Below are positions 10,187-19,642 of a stretch of 64,000 bases of DNA, one piece after another (position 1 is the first letter of the stretch; each line of letters begins with the position of its first letter). The notes under the pieces were generated by a model. The model was not told the origin of the DNA and did no database searches. It worked only from the letters and a program-made list of their open reading frames with translations. The position numbers and the translations under genes are program-made. The stretch covers positions 1,824,001 to 1,888,000 of the forward strand of contig OZ242041.1 of NCBI GenBank assembly GCA_965205215.1, in the 5' to 3' direction. This DNA is from Nitrosopumilus sp. GTDB taxonomy: Archaea; Thermoproteota; Nitrososphaeria; Nitrososphaerales; Nitrosopumilaceae.

Positions 10187-11587
10187 TCACCCCACGGAGT
10201 CGTCCATCTCGAGCTTTATCAGCCGGTTCAGCTCCACCGCATACTCCATCGGAAGCTCCTTTGTGAACGGCTCCATGAACCCGTTTACTATCAGCGACAG
10301 GGCCTCCTCCTCCGTAAAGCCCCTGCTCATCAGGTAGAATATCTGGTCGTCGCCGATCTTGCCCACGGTGGCCTCGTGCGTAATGGTGGCGTCCTCCTGG
10401 TTTATCTCCATGTACGGGTACGTGTCGGTCTTCGACGTGTCATCAAGAAGCAGCGCGTCGCACCTTACGGTCGACTTTACGTTGGTCGCGCCCTTTGCCA
10501 CGTTGAGCAGCCCGCGGTACGTGGAGCGTCCGTCATGCCTGCTCACCGACTTGGAGGTGATCTTCGACTTGGTGTTTGGCGCCAGGTGCACCATCTTGGC
10601 GCCCGTGTCCTGGTGCTGTCCCTTGCCTGCAAAGGCGATTGACAGAGTCTCGCCGTAGGCGCGCTGTCCCATCAGGTACACGCCGGGGTACTTCATCGTG
10701 AGGCGGCTTCCTATGTTGCCGTCAATCCATTCCACCGTGGCCCCTTCGTACGCGTAGGCCCGTTTTGTCACCAGGTTGTACACGTCGTTGCTCCAGTTCT
10801 GGATTGTGGTATACCGCAGGTGGGCGTCCTTGTGGGCCACCAGTTCCACCACCGCAGAGTGCAGCGACTCGGACGAGTATACGGGGGCCGTGCACCCCTC
10901 TATGTAGTGGACGTCTGCGCCCTCGTCTACGATGATCAGGGTGCGCTCAAACTGCCCGATATTCTCCGCGTTTATCCTAAAGTATGCCTGGAGTGGCATG
11001 TCGACCTTTACGCCCGGCGGCACGTAGATGAACGAGCCGCCGCTCCAGACTGCGCTGTTGAGTGCCGCAAACTTGTTGTCCTCGGGCGGTATGACCTTGC
11101 CAAAGTACTTGCGGAATATCTCGGGCTGCTCCTTTAGCGCAGAGTCCGTGTCAAGGAACATCACGCCCTGCTTTTGCAGGTCCTCCCTGAGGTTGTGGTA
11201 TACGACCTCGGACTCGTACTGGGCCCCGACGCCGGCCAGGAACTTCTTCTCGGCCTCTGGAATCCCGAGCTTGTCAAATGTGTTCTTCACGTCGGCCGGA
11301 ACGTCGTCCCAGCTCTTCTCGGTCTTTTCTGACGCCTTTGCATAATAGTAGATGTTCTGAAAGTCTATCGTACTCAGGTCGCCGCCCCACGTGGGCATGG
11401 GTTTCTTCATAAACGTCTCAAACGATCTCAGTCTAAAGTCGAGCATCCACTGCGGCTCGTCCTTCATCTTGCTGATTCCAATTACCGTCTCCTTTGTGAG
11501 CCCCTTTTTGCTCAGGTGGACGTACATTTCAGTAGAGTCCTTAAAGTCATACTTTGAATAATCCATCTCAAGGTTCTCAGTTGCCAT
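10187..11587 (-). CDS. sufB: Fe-S assembly protein SufB
   Basis: [34 protein letters not shown] and ELPMEYA motifs. Start at ATG 11587 fits the TATA box at 11609-11616. Confidence 0.97.
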   Translation of the reverse strand: MATENLEMDYSKYDFKDSTEMYVHLSKKGLTKETVIGISKMKDEPQWMLDFRLRSFETFMKKPMPTWGGDLSTIDFQNIYYYAKASEKTEKSWDDVPADVKNTFDKLGIPEAEKKFLAGVGAQYESEVVYHNLREDLQKQGVMFLDTDSALKEQPEIFRKYFGKVIPPEDNKFAALNSAVWSGGSFIYVPPGVKVDMPLQAYFRINAENIGQFERTLIIVDEGADVHYIEGCTAPVYSSESLHSAVVELVAHKDAHLRYTTIQNWSNDVYNLVTKRAYAYEGATVEWIDGNIGSRLTMKYPGVYLMGQRAYGETLSIAFAGKGQHQDTGAKMVHLAPNTKSKITSKSVSRHDGRSTYRGLLNVAKGATNVKSTVRCDALLLDDTSKTDTYPYMEINQEDATITHEATVGKIGDDQIFYLMSRGFTEEEALSLIVNGFMEPFTKELPMEYAVELNRLIKLEMDDSVG

Positions 11588-11608
11588 CACACACGACATA
11601 ACGTCGTT

Positions 11609-11657
11609 ATTATAAATAGATGTGGGAAAATAGGCAGAGCTAAATAGGCGCAGCTAA
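11609..11657 (-). promoter_or_regulatory. sufB promoter: TATA box plus two tandem 14-bp ATAG-N6-CTAA boxes (DtxR/IdeR-like)
   Basis: Minus-strand TTTATAAT at 11616-11609. Plus strand reads ATAGGCAGAGCTAA (11630-11643) then ATAGGCGCAGCTAA (11644-11657). Confidence 0.6.
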
Positions 11658-11671
11658 AGGAAACAAGAGGG

Positions 11672-12499
11672 TCAGAACAGGCCCGCAAACGAGAGCAGCG
11701 CGACGCAGCCCATTATGATTGCAAACCACCAAAAGCTGACCCTGCCCGCTATACCCACAAGTACGCGCATGGACAGGTACCCGAACGCGAACGAGAGCGC
11801 AAGCCCCACCAGCAGTTCGGCGGGTTCGGCATCAGGGAGGCCGTACACGAGCAGGAGTCCCGCCTGGGCCGCCAGTACGGCGGGAATGCCCATCAGGAAG
11901 GAGAGGCGCAAGGCCTCGGGCGCCGAGTATCCGCGCAGCAGGAGCGCAGAGACCGTGACGCCGGACCGGGACAGCCCGGGCAGGGCGGAGAACGCCTGAA
12001 CCACCCCAAGAAGTACGGTGTCGCGCAAGTTGAGCGACGCGGCGGACTTTAGGCCGGCTGCATATGCGGCAGGGCCCTGCCGCCTCTTGGTGGCATACAG
12101 GATTATCCCCGTCGCTATCAGCGCGATCCCGACCAGTCCGAGCAGAAATTCGCCGGACACGACGCCCGCATCCGCGGCAAGCGCAAACACGGAGAATCCG
12201 AGCGCCCCGCTCAGGAGCGTGGATACTATCAGGAACGTGATCATGCCGTCGGAGGGGTTGCCGTATCCGGGGCGGTAACCACCTGCGCTGCGGAGTATGC
12301 GCGCGATGTCCCGGCGCAGGTACAGGACGGCAGAGCCGGCCGTTCCAAGGTGCAGGAAAAACGACAGGTCCGCTGCGTCCTGGGGCGCGTACCCGAATAT
12401 ACCAGTCATTATAATGACGAGCTCGCCCGTGCTTGATATCGGGAGCCATTCAAGGACGCCCTGCAGCATGCCAAATATCGCCGACTCGGCAAGCGCCAT
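11672..12499 (-). CDS. uppP: Undecaprenyl-diphosphate phosphatase (BacA/UppP family)
   Basis: QGVLEWLPISSTG, HLGT and LPGLSRSG motifs; several transmembrane segments. Confidence 0.9.
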   Translation of the reverse strand: MALAESAIFGMLQGVLEWLPISSTGELVIIMTGIFGYAPQDAADLSFFLHLGTAGSAVLYLRRDIARILRSAGGYRPGYGNPSDGMITFLIVSTLLSGALGFSVFALAADAGVVSGEFLLGLVGIALIATGIILYATKRRQGPAAYAAGLKSAASLNLRDTVLLGVVQAFSALPGLSRSGVTVSALLLRGYSAPEALRLSFLMGIPAVLAAQAGLLLVYGLPDAEPAELLVGLALSFAFGYLSMRVLVGIAGRVSFWWFAIIMGCVALLSFAGLF

Positions 12500-12881
12500 G
12501 GACGTCAGGACATGCCGCGTCTATTAACTCTAGCAGGATGCAGGCAGAAGGGCGCGGGCCCGGCTTGTTTTGTGCGTCCGGCCAACCGCGGATTGCAGGG
12601 CGCGATATGTTGCACGCCTCCAAACCGTATCGGGATCCAAATCCGGCAATTCCGCCCGCACGCCGGTTCTTTCCCAGATTCCGGCATACGTACGAACCCA
12701 TGCCAGTCCGGATTTTGGCTTTGGCGGGCCGGGGTGTGACGTGCATACGCCTATGGGTGCATCCACCACCCACAGTTGCGTGTCAGAACGCGCGCAGGCG
12801 GCTGGCCTCCGAGAGTCCGGGCCCGGACGCGCTGCGCATGCCCCCAGGCCCTGCCGATGCCGTTTTGTGCCTGCAATATGA

Positions 12882-13292
12882 TCAGGGCGGGATGAGGCGG
12901 CCCATGTCGTTGAAGCCGCAGATGGAAACTGACGAGGCAATGTCGTCGATTGACGGGGAGTCCACGCTGTGGAACTTGACGGGTTTTTCGCCAAACGCAT
13001 CGTCATAGCAGTTCAGTTCCATGCGGTCACCCTCACTGATGTGTATCACAAGTGCCGCAGACTTGATTCCCCTCGTGTCGAAATAGCTTATTGTATCAAC
13101 GCCCCAAGAGCTGCTAAACGTCGCAGTCATACTTCCGGAATTATACGCCTCCCTAAAGGCCAGGACGTGCTCGTTTGAATCGTATCTTTGGTATACTTCG
13201 GGAATAACACTATGAACATACAGGTTGGCGAACACAAGATACACTACTATTCCCGCGGGTACGAGTAACGAAATTTTGACGTACTTGTTCAG
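12882..13292 (-). CDS. Hypothetical membrane-anchored protein (low GC), probable CTG start
   Basis: Track ORF 12882..13244 is open upstream to CTG at 13292, giving (M)NKYVKISLLVPAGIVVYLVFANLY, a basic n-region plus hydrophobic anchor. Confidence 0.6.
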   Translation of the reverse strand: MNKYVKISLLVPAGIVVYLVFANLYVHSVIPEVYQRYDSNEHVLAFREAYNSGSMTATFSSSWGVDTISYFDTRGIKSAALVIHISEGDRMELNCYDDAFGEKPVKFHSVDSPSIDDIASSVSICGFNDMGRLIPP

Positions 13293-13312
13293 GGAGAAAC
13301 TGGGACAGATCC

Positions 13313-13510
13313 TTATTTAACACATCTGATGCCAAAAAAGAATGTGATTCCGCTCAGCGCATACGAGAGGATCAGAAGCGCCAGAAGATCAGCTGGAGTG
13401 TTTTCATAGTAGCGATATACTTCCGCAGTAGAGGAGAGTCCGGAAAACAGCGATATTGCCCCTATTAGCAGGTAAACCAGTCCCAGGAACTTCTTTTTCG
13501 TGTCGTCCAT
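13313..13510 (-). CDS. Small two-TM hypothetical membrane protein (low GC)
   Basis: 65 aa with two hydrophobic helices; TATA-like TTTATAT about 25 nt upstream on the minus strand. Confidence 0.65.
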   Translation of the reverse strand: MDDTKKKFLGLVYLLIGAISLFSGLSSTAEVYRYYENTPADLLALLILSYALSGITFFFGIRCVK

Positions 13511-13836
13511 CCCATCCCGTTCCCGTATGCAGATATAAACAGCACCGACCGCGATGTCGGTGCCGCCGTAACTACGGCCGCCAGGGGATCGACAAACCTT
13601 GCCTTTTCAGATATCGGCGCCACCATTATCTCACGCTGTCGCCGGGGGAGTCCCATGGCGAACGGCGACGGGATTTTCATCCTTGTCCCCGCCCATGTAA
13701 AACGGCGCGTCATGGTCCCCGGACGCTTCAGGGACACACACCCCCAAGCATCCCCCGAACCTGCCCATATCCCATGCAGGGTCCGCCCTGCCGAACGATT
13801 TCACACGGGCACGAACGTCCGAATCATTTGTCGGCC

Positions 13837-14973
13837 TCAAGACGGTTCTGTCTTGGGACGCGTCGCGGAGGGCGCATCACCACTGTGCGCGCCCACAAGA
13901 TCCAGGTAGGTTTTGTGGCGGCGCTTTTGAATCGCGTCAAAGATTCCTGCGGCGCCGTCCCCAAGATTGGCATAGTTTGCAGTGACGTACTGCAGTGCAA
14001 TGTCGCAGTCGTGTATGGCGCCAGTCGATTCCTGGACCTGCCTTACGCTGTCCAAGACCCTCGACAGTGATGCATCATAGTCTTGGGCATCACCGACATT
14101 GCAGGTGTCACTGGCATGGGGGGCGACGACGACGACGCTGCAATACGTCCGGTACTGGGTCTCGTCTTCCAGCAGGTAGCGGAGCCTCTTTACCATCTTC
14201 CGCATGGCATGAAGCTCCTCAACCTTTGACTCGTCAGAGGTCACTGTTACAGAGATGCCACGCACGTCATCAAAGAGCGACCAGATCATGCGCCTGCGCT
14301 TGGACGCCATCTTGTGCCGGTCAATCTTGTCCACCGATCCAGACAGCGGCTTGAGCGCCGCTATTTTCCTGGCGCGAAAGAGCGAGTCCCCAAGGGCGCC
14401 CTCCCTGCCGCGGCAGAGTTTTACAACCGCCTCCGAATCGGCCGGAACGCCCAGCTTGATCAGCATGCCGGATATGACATCAGAGTCCCGCAGCGGGCCG
14501 GTCCTGCGGAACAGGTCCCTTGCAGCGGACACCAGCTTGCCGCAGCGCGCGGGCCTTTCTGACTTTGGCAGTGCGCCGTACGTGGACTCGAGCCGGCGTA
14601 TGGACGTGCGCAGGTCGTGCAGCTGCTCCTCGCCCGGACTGGACATGTATGCCTCAAGGCGCTTTGCAAAGAGATCGTAGCGCCTGCGCATTGCGTTGCG
14701 GTACGTCCTTGTGGTGCCAGCATCGTTGCCCGAGACGGGGTGCGGCCCGCCCTTTTTAGGCGGCTTTTTCCCGGAGCCCGCAGTATCCGCCACCGCGCCC
14801 GCAGCGTCAGGGACGGGTTCGCGCGCCGAGGCGGTCACGGAAGCGTCGGGGGCGGCGTCAGCGACAGTAGAGGTAGTGGCAGTGGCAGTATCGGCGTCGG
14901 CGGCGACAGCGGGGACGCCCTGCCCATGATCGTCATGTTCCCCGTGCGTGGTTTCGGGCCTTGTGTGAGCCAT
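13837..14973 (-). CDS. CHAD domain protein (polyphosphate-binding)
   Basis: LHDLRTSIRRLES, LRDSDV, LHAMRKMVKRLRYLLE and QESTGAIHD CHAD motifs; low-complexity N-terminus. Confidence 0.9.
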   Translation of the reverse strand: MAHTRPETTHGEHDDHGQGVPAVAADADTATATTSTVADAAPDASVTASAREPVPDAAGAVADTAGSGKKPPKKGGPHPVSGNDAGTTRTYRNAMRRRYDLFAKRLEAYMSSPGEEQLHDLRTSIRRLESTYGALPKSERPARCGKLVSAARDLFRRTGPLRDSDVISGMLIKLGVPADSEAVVKLCRGREGALGDSLFRARKIAALKPLSGSVDKIDRHKMASKRRRMIWSLFDDVRGISVTVTSDESKVEELHAMRKMVKRLRYLLEDETQYRTYCSVVVVAPHASDTCNVGDAQDYDASLSRVLDSVRQVQESTGAIHDCDIALQYVTANYANLGDGAAGIFDAIQKRRHKTYLDLVGAHSGDAPSATRPKTEPS

Positions 14974-14997
14974 GCGCCGCCATCACCGCCATTATCG

Positions 14998-15960
14998 TCA
15001 TGCCTTTGAGAGATACCGCAGGATCTGCTTCTTGAGCCCGGCGTTTATGACGTCCGTGGGGCGGTTTCCGTTTATGATGTTGAGGTCGTACTTTTGCTCC
15101 AGGATCCCAAACTCCCGGGCGAGCCTCTGCTGGTATTTTATGAAAGAGTCGTACATGTTCTTTGATATGCCCATGTCGGCTCCCGACTCGTAATAGTCCA
15201 GGCTCTGCCTCTTTGCAAAGACGCGGTGCACGAGTGCGTACGGGTCCACGTCAAGGTAAAAGGTCATGTCCGGCACGAGTGCAAAGCTGTACAGGTTGCT
15301 TGACCAGCTGCGCCTGATGCCGCGCACCGTGTTTCGCGCCATGAGCGTGTAGATGTATCGGTCTGCCAGTACCACATAGCCCGCCTGCAGCGCCGGTATG
15401 ATCTTGTGCTCCAGCTGGTCTGCAAAGTCGGCCGCATAAAACATTGCAAGCGTCCTCACCCCAAGCGAGATGTTGCGCTTGGCCTCCAGTATGCCCTGGC
15501 CGATTATCTCCGAGCGCGTGAGTCCCGTGTTTAGCACGGCGTATCCTTCTGCCTCTAGCTGCGTGGTGAGCAGCTCGATCTGGGTGCTTCTTCCGGACGC
15601 GTCGGGCCCCTCTATTACGATCAGGCGCCCCGCTATCTCGATGTCGCGCAGATAGTGCAGCCCGCCGAACTTTTTTGTTCCGTACCATTTGGGCCTGCGG
15701 GACTTCATGCCACCCATGTTACTGCTACTGCCGCCAGCGCCAGCTCCGCCGCCGGTACCGGTACCGGCGGCGCGACTGCCGCCGCCGTCCGCGGCGGCAC
15801 CCTCCACACCCGCAAGCCGGAGGTATATGTCAGAGTCATAGTACGCGTGGCTGTCAGAATACTCCTCTGTAGCGTCGCCGGCCGCGTCATTATTCTCAGA
15901 GTCCTCCCCGGCACCGCCATGCATGACGCGGCCATGTGCGGCGCGTGCCTCTGCGACCAC
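14998..15960 (-). CDS. Thymidylate-kinase-like protein with degenerate P-loop (candidate non-catalytic subunit of a polyP kinase)
   Basis: IEGPDASGRST (Walker A Lys replaced by Arg) and ADRY. Start uncertain: 15960, 15924 or 15708. Confidence 0.85.
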   Translation of the reverse strand: MVAEARAAHGRVMHGGAGEDSENNDAAGDATEEYSDSHAYYDSDIYLRLAGVEGAAADGGGSRAAGTGTGGGAGAGGSSSNMGGMKSRRPKWYGTKKFGGLHYLRDIEIAGRLIVIEGPDASGRSTQIELLTTQLEAEGYAVLNTGLTRSEIIGQGILEAKRNISLGVRTLAMFYAADFADQLEHKIIPALQAGYVVLADRYIYTLMARNTVRGIRRSWSSNLYSFALVPDMTFYLDVDPYALVHRVFAKRQSLDYYESGADMGISKNMYDSFIKYQQRLAREFGILEQKYDLNIINGNRPTDVINAGLKKQILRYLSKA

Positions 15961-16000
15961 CGCCCCGGACGCGTCGCGTACGGATGCAAAGTCGCCCGCG

Positions 16001-16789
16001 TCAGACGTGCCCGGGCACCTCCAGAACGGTCTTCTTCTTGAGCTTCTTTGGAAGCAGCTTGCGCACCTTGGCCCGCATGATCATCTGCTGTTCGTGGATG
16101 GGCATCGTGGCGTCCATAACCACGAAGCTCTCGCGCTTGTGCATCGCCTCATACTGCTCTACGATGCGGTGCTGGAATATCCTAAAGCTCTCGTAGAGGT
16201 CCTTTGAGAGGTTCAGGTCGGCGCCGGCTTCATAAAACTTCAGCTTTGGCCTGCCGGACAATATGCGGTCCATCGCGGTGTCAAGCGGCACCCTAAAGTA
16301 GAATGCGATGTCGGGCTTTATGGCAAAGTCGTAGACCTTGCGGACCCACGCCGGGTCGCATCCCCGCGTCACGTCCCTGGCGTACGCGGTGTAGACGTAC
16401 CTGTCGGCCAGCACGAAGTAGCCGGCATGAAGCAACGGCAGTATGTGCCGCTCAAATCGATCGGCAAAGTCAGTCGCGTGAAGGAGGCTGAACGTGGTGG
16501 GTGTCAGGGCTTCCTTTTTCTTGCCCTTGGACGTTATGGAACGGACTATATCCGAAGAGTTCCACTCCGTGCGAAACACCTCAAACATGTTGTACCGCAG
16601 CCACTTTTCAAGCAACAACAGCTGGGTGGACTTGCCGGAGCCGTCTATCCCCTCGACTACGATAAGCTTGCCAGGGACGTCCCCCCTGCGCGGGCGGCGC
16701 CTCCCGGCTTCGGCCTTTTTGGCCCCCGCCTGTCCCGCGGCGCCGTAATCGCCGTCCGCGGCGCCAGTGCGCGAGGATGCAGCCATCAT
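16001..16789 (-). CDS. Thymidylate-kinase-like protein with intact P-loop (candidate catalytic subunit of a polyP kinase)
   Basis: VEGIDGSGKST and ADRYVYT; paralogue of the adjacent gene. Confidence 0.88.
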   Translation of the reverse strand: MMAASSRTGAADGDYGAAGQAGAKKAEAGRRRPRRGDVPGKLIVVEGIDGSGKSTQLLLLEKWLRYNMFEVFRTEWNSSDIVRSITSKGKKKEALTPTTFSLLHATDFADRFERHILPLLHAGYFVLADRYVYTAYARDVTRGCDPAWVRKVYDFAIKPDIAFYFRVPLDTAMDRILSGRPKLKFYEAGADLNLSKDLYESFRIFQHRIVEQYEAMHKRESFVVMDATMPIHEQQMIMRAKVRKLLPKKLKKKTVLEVPGHV

Positions 16790-16986
16790 GCATGGTTTTT
16801 GCCCGCAAATAGACTATAAGTCTTGCAAATAATCCGCAGGGTTGCCCCGCGCGCCGGCGCAGCGGCGCGCCGCGGCGGGGTGGGCCCACTAGTGGACGGC
16901 GCAGGTGGCGTATGACGCGGGCAGTCCGGGCGGGGGCGCGGAGGGGCCAAGTGACGCCTGCAGTTGCACGGGTGGGCGCACGCGCG

Positions 16987-18708
16987 TCACCCAACGACCC
17001 GGACGTCCGGACGGAACGGTATTCCAAACGCGTCCTCCAGCTGGGAGCACGCTTCCTCGAACATGAGGTGCGGAAAGCGGCCTCCGGGCGGCGCGCGTAC
17101 GGCAAGCGTGACGGAGCCGCCTTTGCCAAACTCCGGGACCATGTCGGCCGAGGACTTCTCCAGTATCTGGTACGCAAGCACAATGGCCGACATCCGGCGT
17201 ATCCGTTTCTTGTCGTACGAGCGGGCTATGGACCCAAAGTTGAGCAGGTTCACGTCAGCCTTGCGGCGCTTTCTCAGGTGCATCAGGGCCAGGGCGGCGG
17301 CAAGCTGGTCGCCGTGGCTCAGGTGCGAGTCGTCGTCCATTATGGTATACAGTATGTTTGAGATGTCCCTAAACGACCTCAGGCGGTCCGTCTGCTCCAG
17401 CGCGTACCGGATTACGGGCCGGTCGACTGGGTGCAGGAGGTTTGCAGACAGGAGAAGCTCCACGAGCGCGTCGATTTTGGACGATACGAGGACCGAGGAC
17501 GGGGAGACCGCGCTGAGGACAGTCTCCCGGATGTGCTGCTCGTCTATGCGCTGCGACTTGAACGCGGCCGGGTGCTGTATCGACAGCGCAAGCGCGCCCT
17601 CCCGCAGTCCGTGCGCGCTGACAGTCAGCCTTTCGCATTTCACGCTTTTGAGAAACGACATTATTACGAGCACGGAGGCGCGCAGGGTGTCTGCCCGCGA
17701 GGAGTTTATTGTGGGAATCTTTGCAATCCTGTCAGGGGGCATGTCGCGTATCTTTTTCCATATGTCCTCAAGGTCGGTCACGGAGAGCTGGTAGTTGTGG
17801 GTCTTTGAGAGCGGGTAGCCTTTGGCGTCCTGCACGTATTTGGTAAGCGAGCGGAGCACCCCGCCGACCCCCACTATGGCGACTGCCGGAGGCCCGGTCC
17901 CGACGGCGCCGTCGCGGCCGTCTTTGTCGCCGCGAATATTGCCATCGTCGTCGCTGCCGGCGCCGTTGCCGGCGCCATTGTCACCGCCCGCACTGCCGCC
18001 GTCGCCCGCCGGGTATAGCTCGCCGTCCTTTATCTCCAAGTCCTTCAGGGACGGCAGCGCCTTACCGACGTACTTTTTCATGGCCTCAAAGTCCACATCC
18101 TCGTACTTGGAATCTTCGGCGAACTTTTGCGTCAGCCGCAGGGAGCCGAGCGGGAAAGAGTGCGCGCTCTTTACCTTGTAGTTCTTTGCAGTGACGACCT
18201 CCAGGCTCCCCCCGCCAATGTCAAAGAAGAGCACCGATGGGATGTGCAGCATGCGCACGGCCCCCGTGTACGAGTAGAGGGCCTCGTCCCTGTCTGACAG
18301 TATCTTAAAGTCGAGGCCGGTCTCTTGGCGGATGCGATCTGTTATGTCGCGGCGGTTCTTCGCGTCGCGTATTGCGCTGGTCGCCACCGCGACCACGTGC
18401 TGTATCCCCTCAAAGTCTATCGCCTCACGGAACAGCCTGAGTGTCTCGACCATGCGGTCCACGTACTCGGGCTGCATGACCCCGCCCTTGAGCCCCTCAA
18501 AGAGGCGCAGGCGCACGGATCTCTGGTAATAGAGCTTGAAGTCGTTGTGCGCGTCCATGGTATAGTGCGAGAGTTTCACAGAGTTTGATCCCAGATCAAG
18601 CACGGACGCCGCGGGCCTGCTTGATTCCCCCCGGGCCGCCTCCGCGGGGATCCGTGACGTCCCAATGCGCCGCGCGGAGGCGATTGCGGCGTGCAGCTCC
18701 GGCATCAT
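16987..18708 (-). CDS. ppx: Exopolyphosphatase, Ppx/GppA family
   Basis: LDLGSNSVKL, VATSAIRDAKN, DIGGGSLE, PLGSLRL and GLREG motifs. Start set from the TATA box near 18728-18735. Confidence 0.93.
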   Translation of the reverse strand: MMPELHAAIASARRIGTSRIPAEAARGESSRPAASVLDLGSNSVKLSHYTMDAHNDFKLYYQRSVRLRLFEGLKGGVMQPEYVDRMVETLRLFREAIDFEGIQHVVAVATSAIRDAKNRRDITDRIRQETGLDFKILSDRDEALYSYTGAVRMLHIPSVLFFDIGGGSLEVVTAKNYKVKSAHSFPLGSLRLTQKFAEDSKYEDVDFEAMKKYVGKALPSLKDLEIKDGELYPAGDGGSAGGDNGAGNGAGSDDDGNIRGDKDGRDGAVGTGPPAVAIVGVGGVLRSLTKYVQDAKGYPLSKTHNYQLSVTDLEDIWKKIRDMPPDRIAKIPTINSSRADTLRASVLVIMSFLKSVKCERLTVSAHGLREGALALSIQHPAAFKSQRIDEQHIRETVLSAVSPSSVLVSSKIDALVELLLSANLLHPVDRPVIRYALEQTDRLRSFRDISNILYTIMDDDSHLSHGDQLAAALALMHLRKRRKADVNLLNFGSIARSYDKKRIRRMSAIVLAYQILEKSSADMVPEFGKGGSVTLAVRAPPGGRFPHLMFEEACSQLEDAFGIPFRPDVRVVG

Positions 18709-18910
18709 CACGCTAACGCCAAACCGCATTAATAATAACAATTGTGCCCAATCGTGACATGCCGGTGGCGGCCCGGTCACGGCGCCGCGCTTTGCGCATT
18801 TTTCGATCGCGGGTGCCACGATCGCGGCTCATTCCCGGTGCGCCAGCGCGTAATATACGAGCATAACGACCCGCGGCCGACAACTCGCGTTGCGCCGCAC
18901 GGGAAGGGCG

Positions 18911-19486
18911 TCAGCGAGCTGCGCGCCGGCACAGCCTCAGCTGCTTTGGAGTCATCAGGCTTCGCAGAAACCCCCTCATCACCCGCGCATCCGCGTTTGC
19001 CCGTATGACTGCAAGCCCGCCCTTTTTGAGATTTATGACCGCGTCGGGCGCGTACGCGTACGCGCGCCTATCGCGCGCCGTAGACCGCCCGGAGCGCCGG
19101 GCGATCATAGAGGATGCCAGCGACGACAGATGAGGCTCGTGCCCCACAAGCATCACGCCCAAATCCGGGGCCATTGCAGCCAGCCGCCCGTGCGCACCCA
19201 GCACGTCCGACTCAGGCTTTAGTTCCTGCCATATGCCGACCCGGGCGGAGCCCCGGCCCGAATCTTGCTCAAGCCGCAGACGCTCGCGTATGATCTCGGC
19301 AGTCTCGCGGGCCCTGACAAGCGGGCTTGATATTATACGATCGGGACGTATCCCAAGCGCCGTAATCCCAGATGCAACCTGCTCCATCTCGTTCCTGCCG
19401 GACTCTGTCAGCCTACGCTTTGCATCGCTTGAGATGCCGGACGAGCGCTCCTCTGCCTTGCCATGCCTGAGAATGTAGATCTCCAC
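18911..19486 (-). CDS. sixA: Phosphohistidine phosphatase SixA
   Basis: ILRHGKAE, RRLT..G, SSPLVRARETA, LVGHEP and LKKGG motifs. Confidence 0.92.
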   Translation of the reverse strand: MEIYILRHGKAEERSSGISSDAKRRLTESGRNEMEQVASGITALGIRPDRIISSPLVRARETAEIIRERLRLEQDSGRGSARVGIWQELKPESDVLGAHGRLAAMAPDLGVMLVGHEPHLSSLASSMIARRSGRSTARDRRAYAYAPDAVINLKKGGLAVIRANADARVMRGFLRSLMTPKQLRLCRRAAR

Positions 19487-19642
19487 GTGTACAATATCCC
19501 GGCACGTGTTTAAAAGAGCCGCAGACGATGTCTGGGTATACGATCTGTGCAGTCGTCAGGTACAGCGTACGGCATCCGACACGAAGGGTGGTGGTGGCGG
19601 GCGGTAACAACTGTTATTTGTGCATGGAAGGTCAGCCGTAGC

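Noticed and set aside
10187-11587. sufC missing from the suf operon
   Set aside because: sufC can lie elsewhere in the genome, so absence from this window is uninformative.
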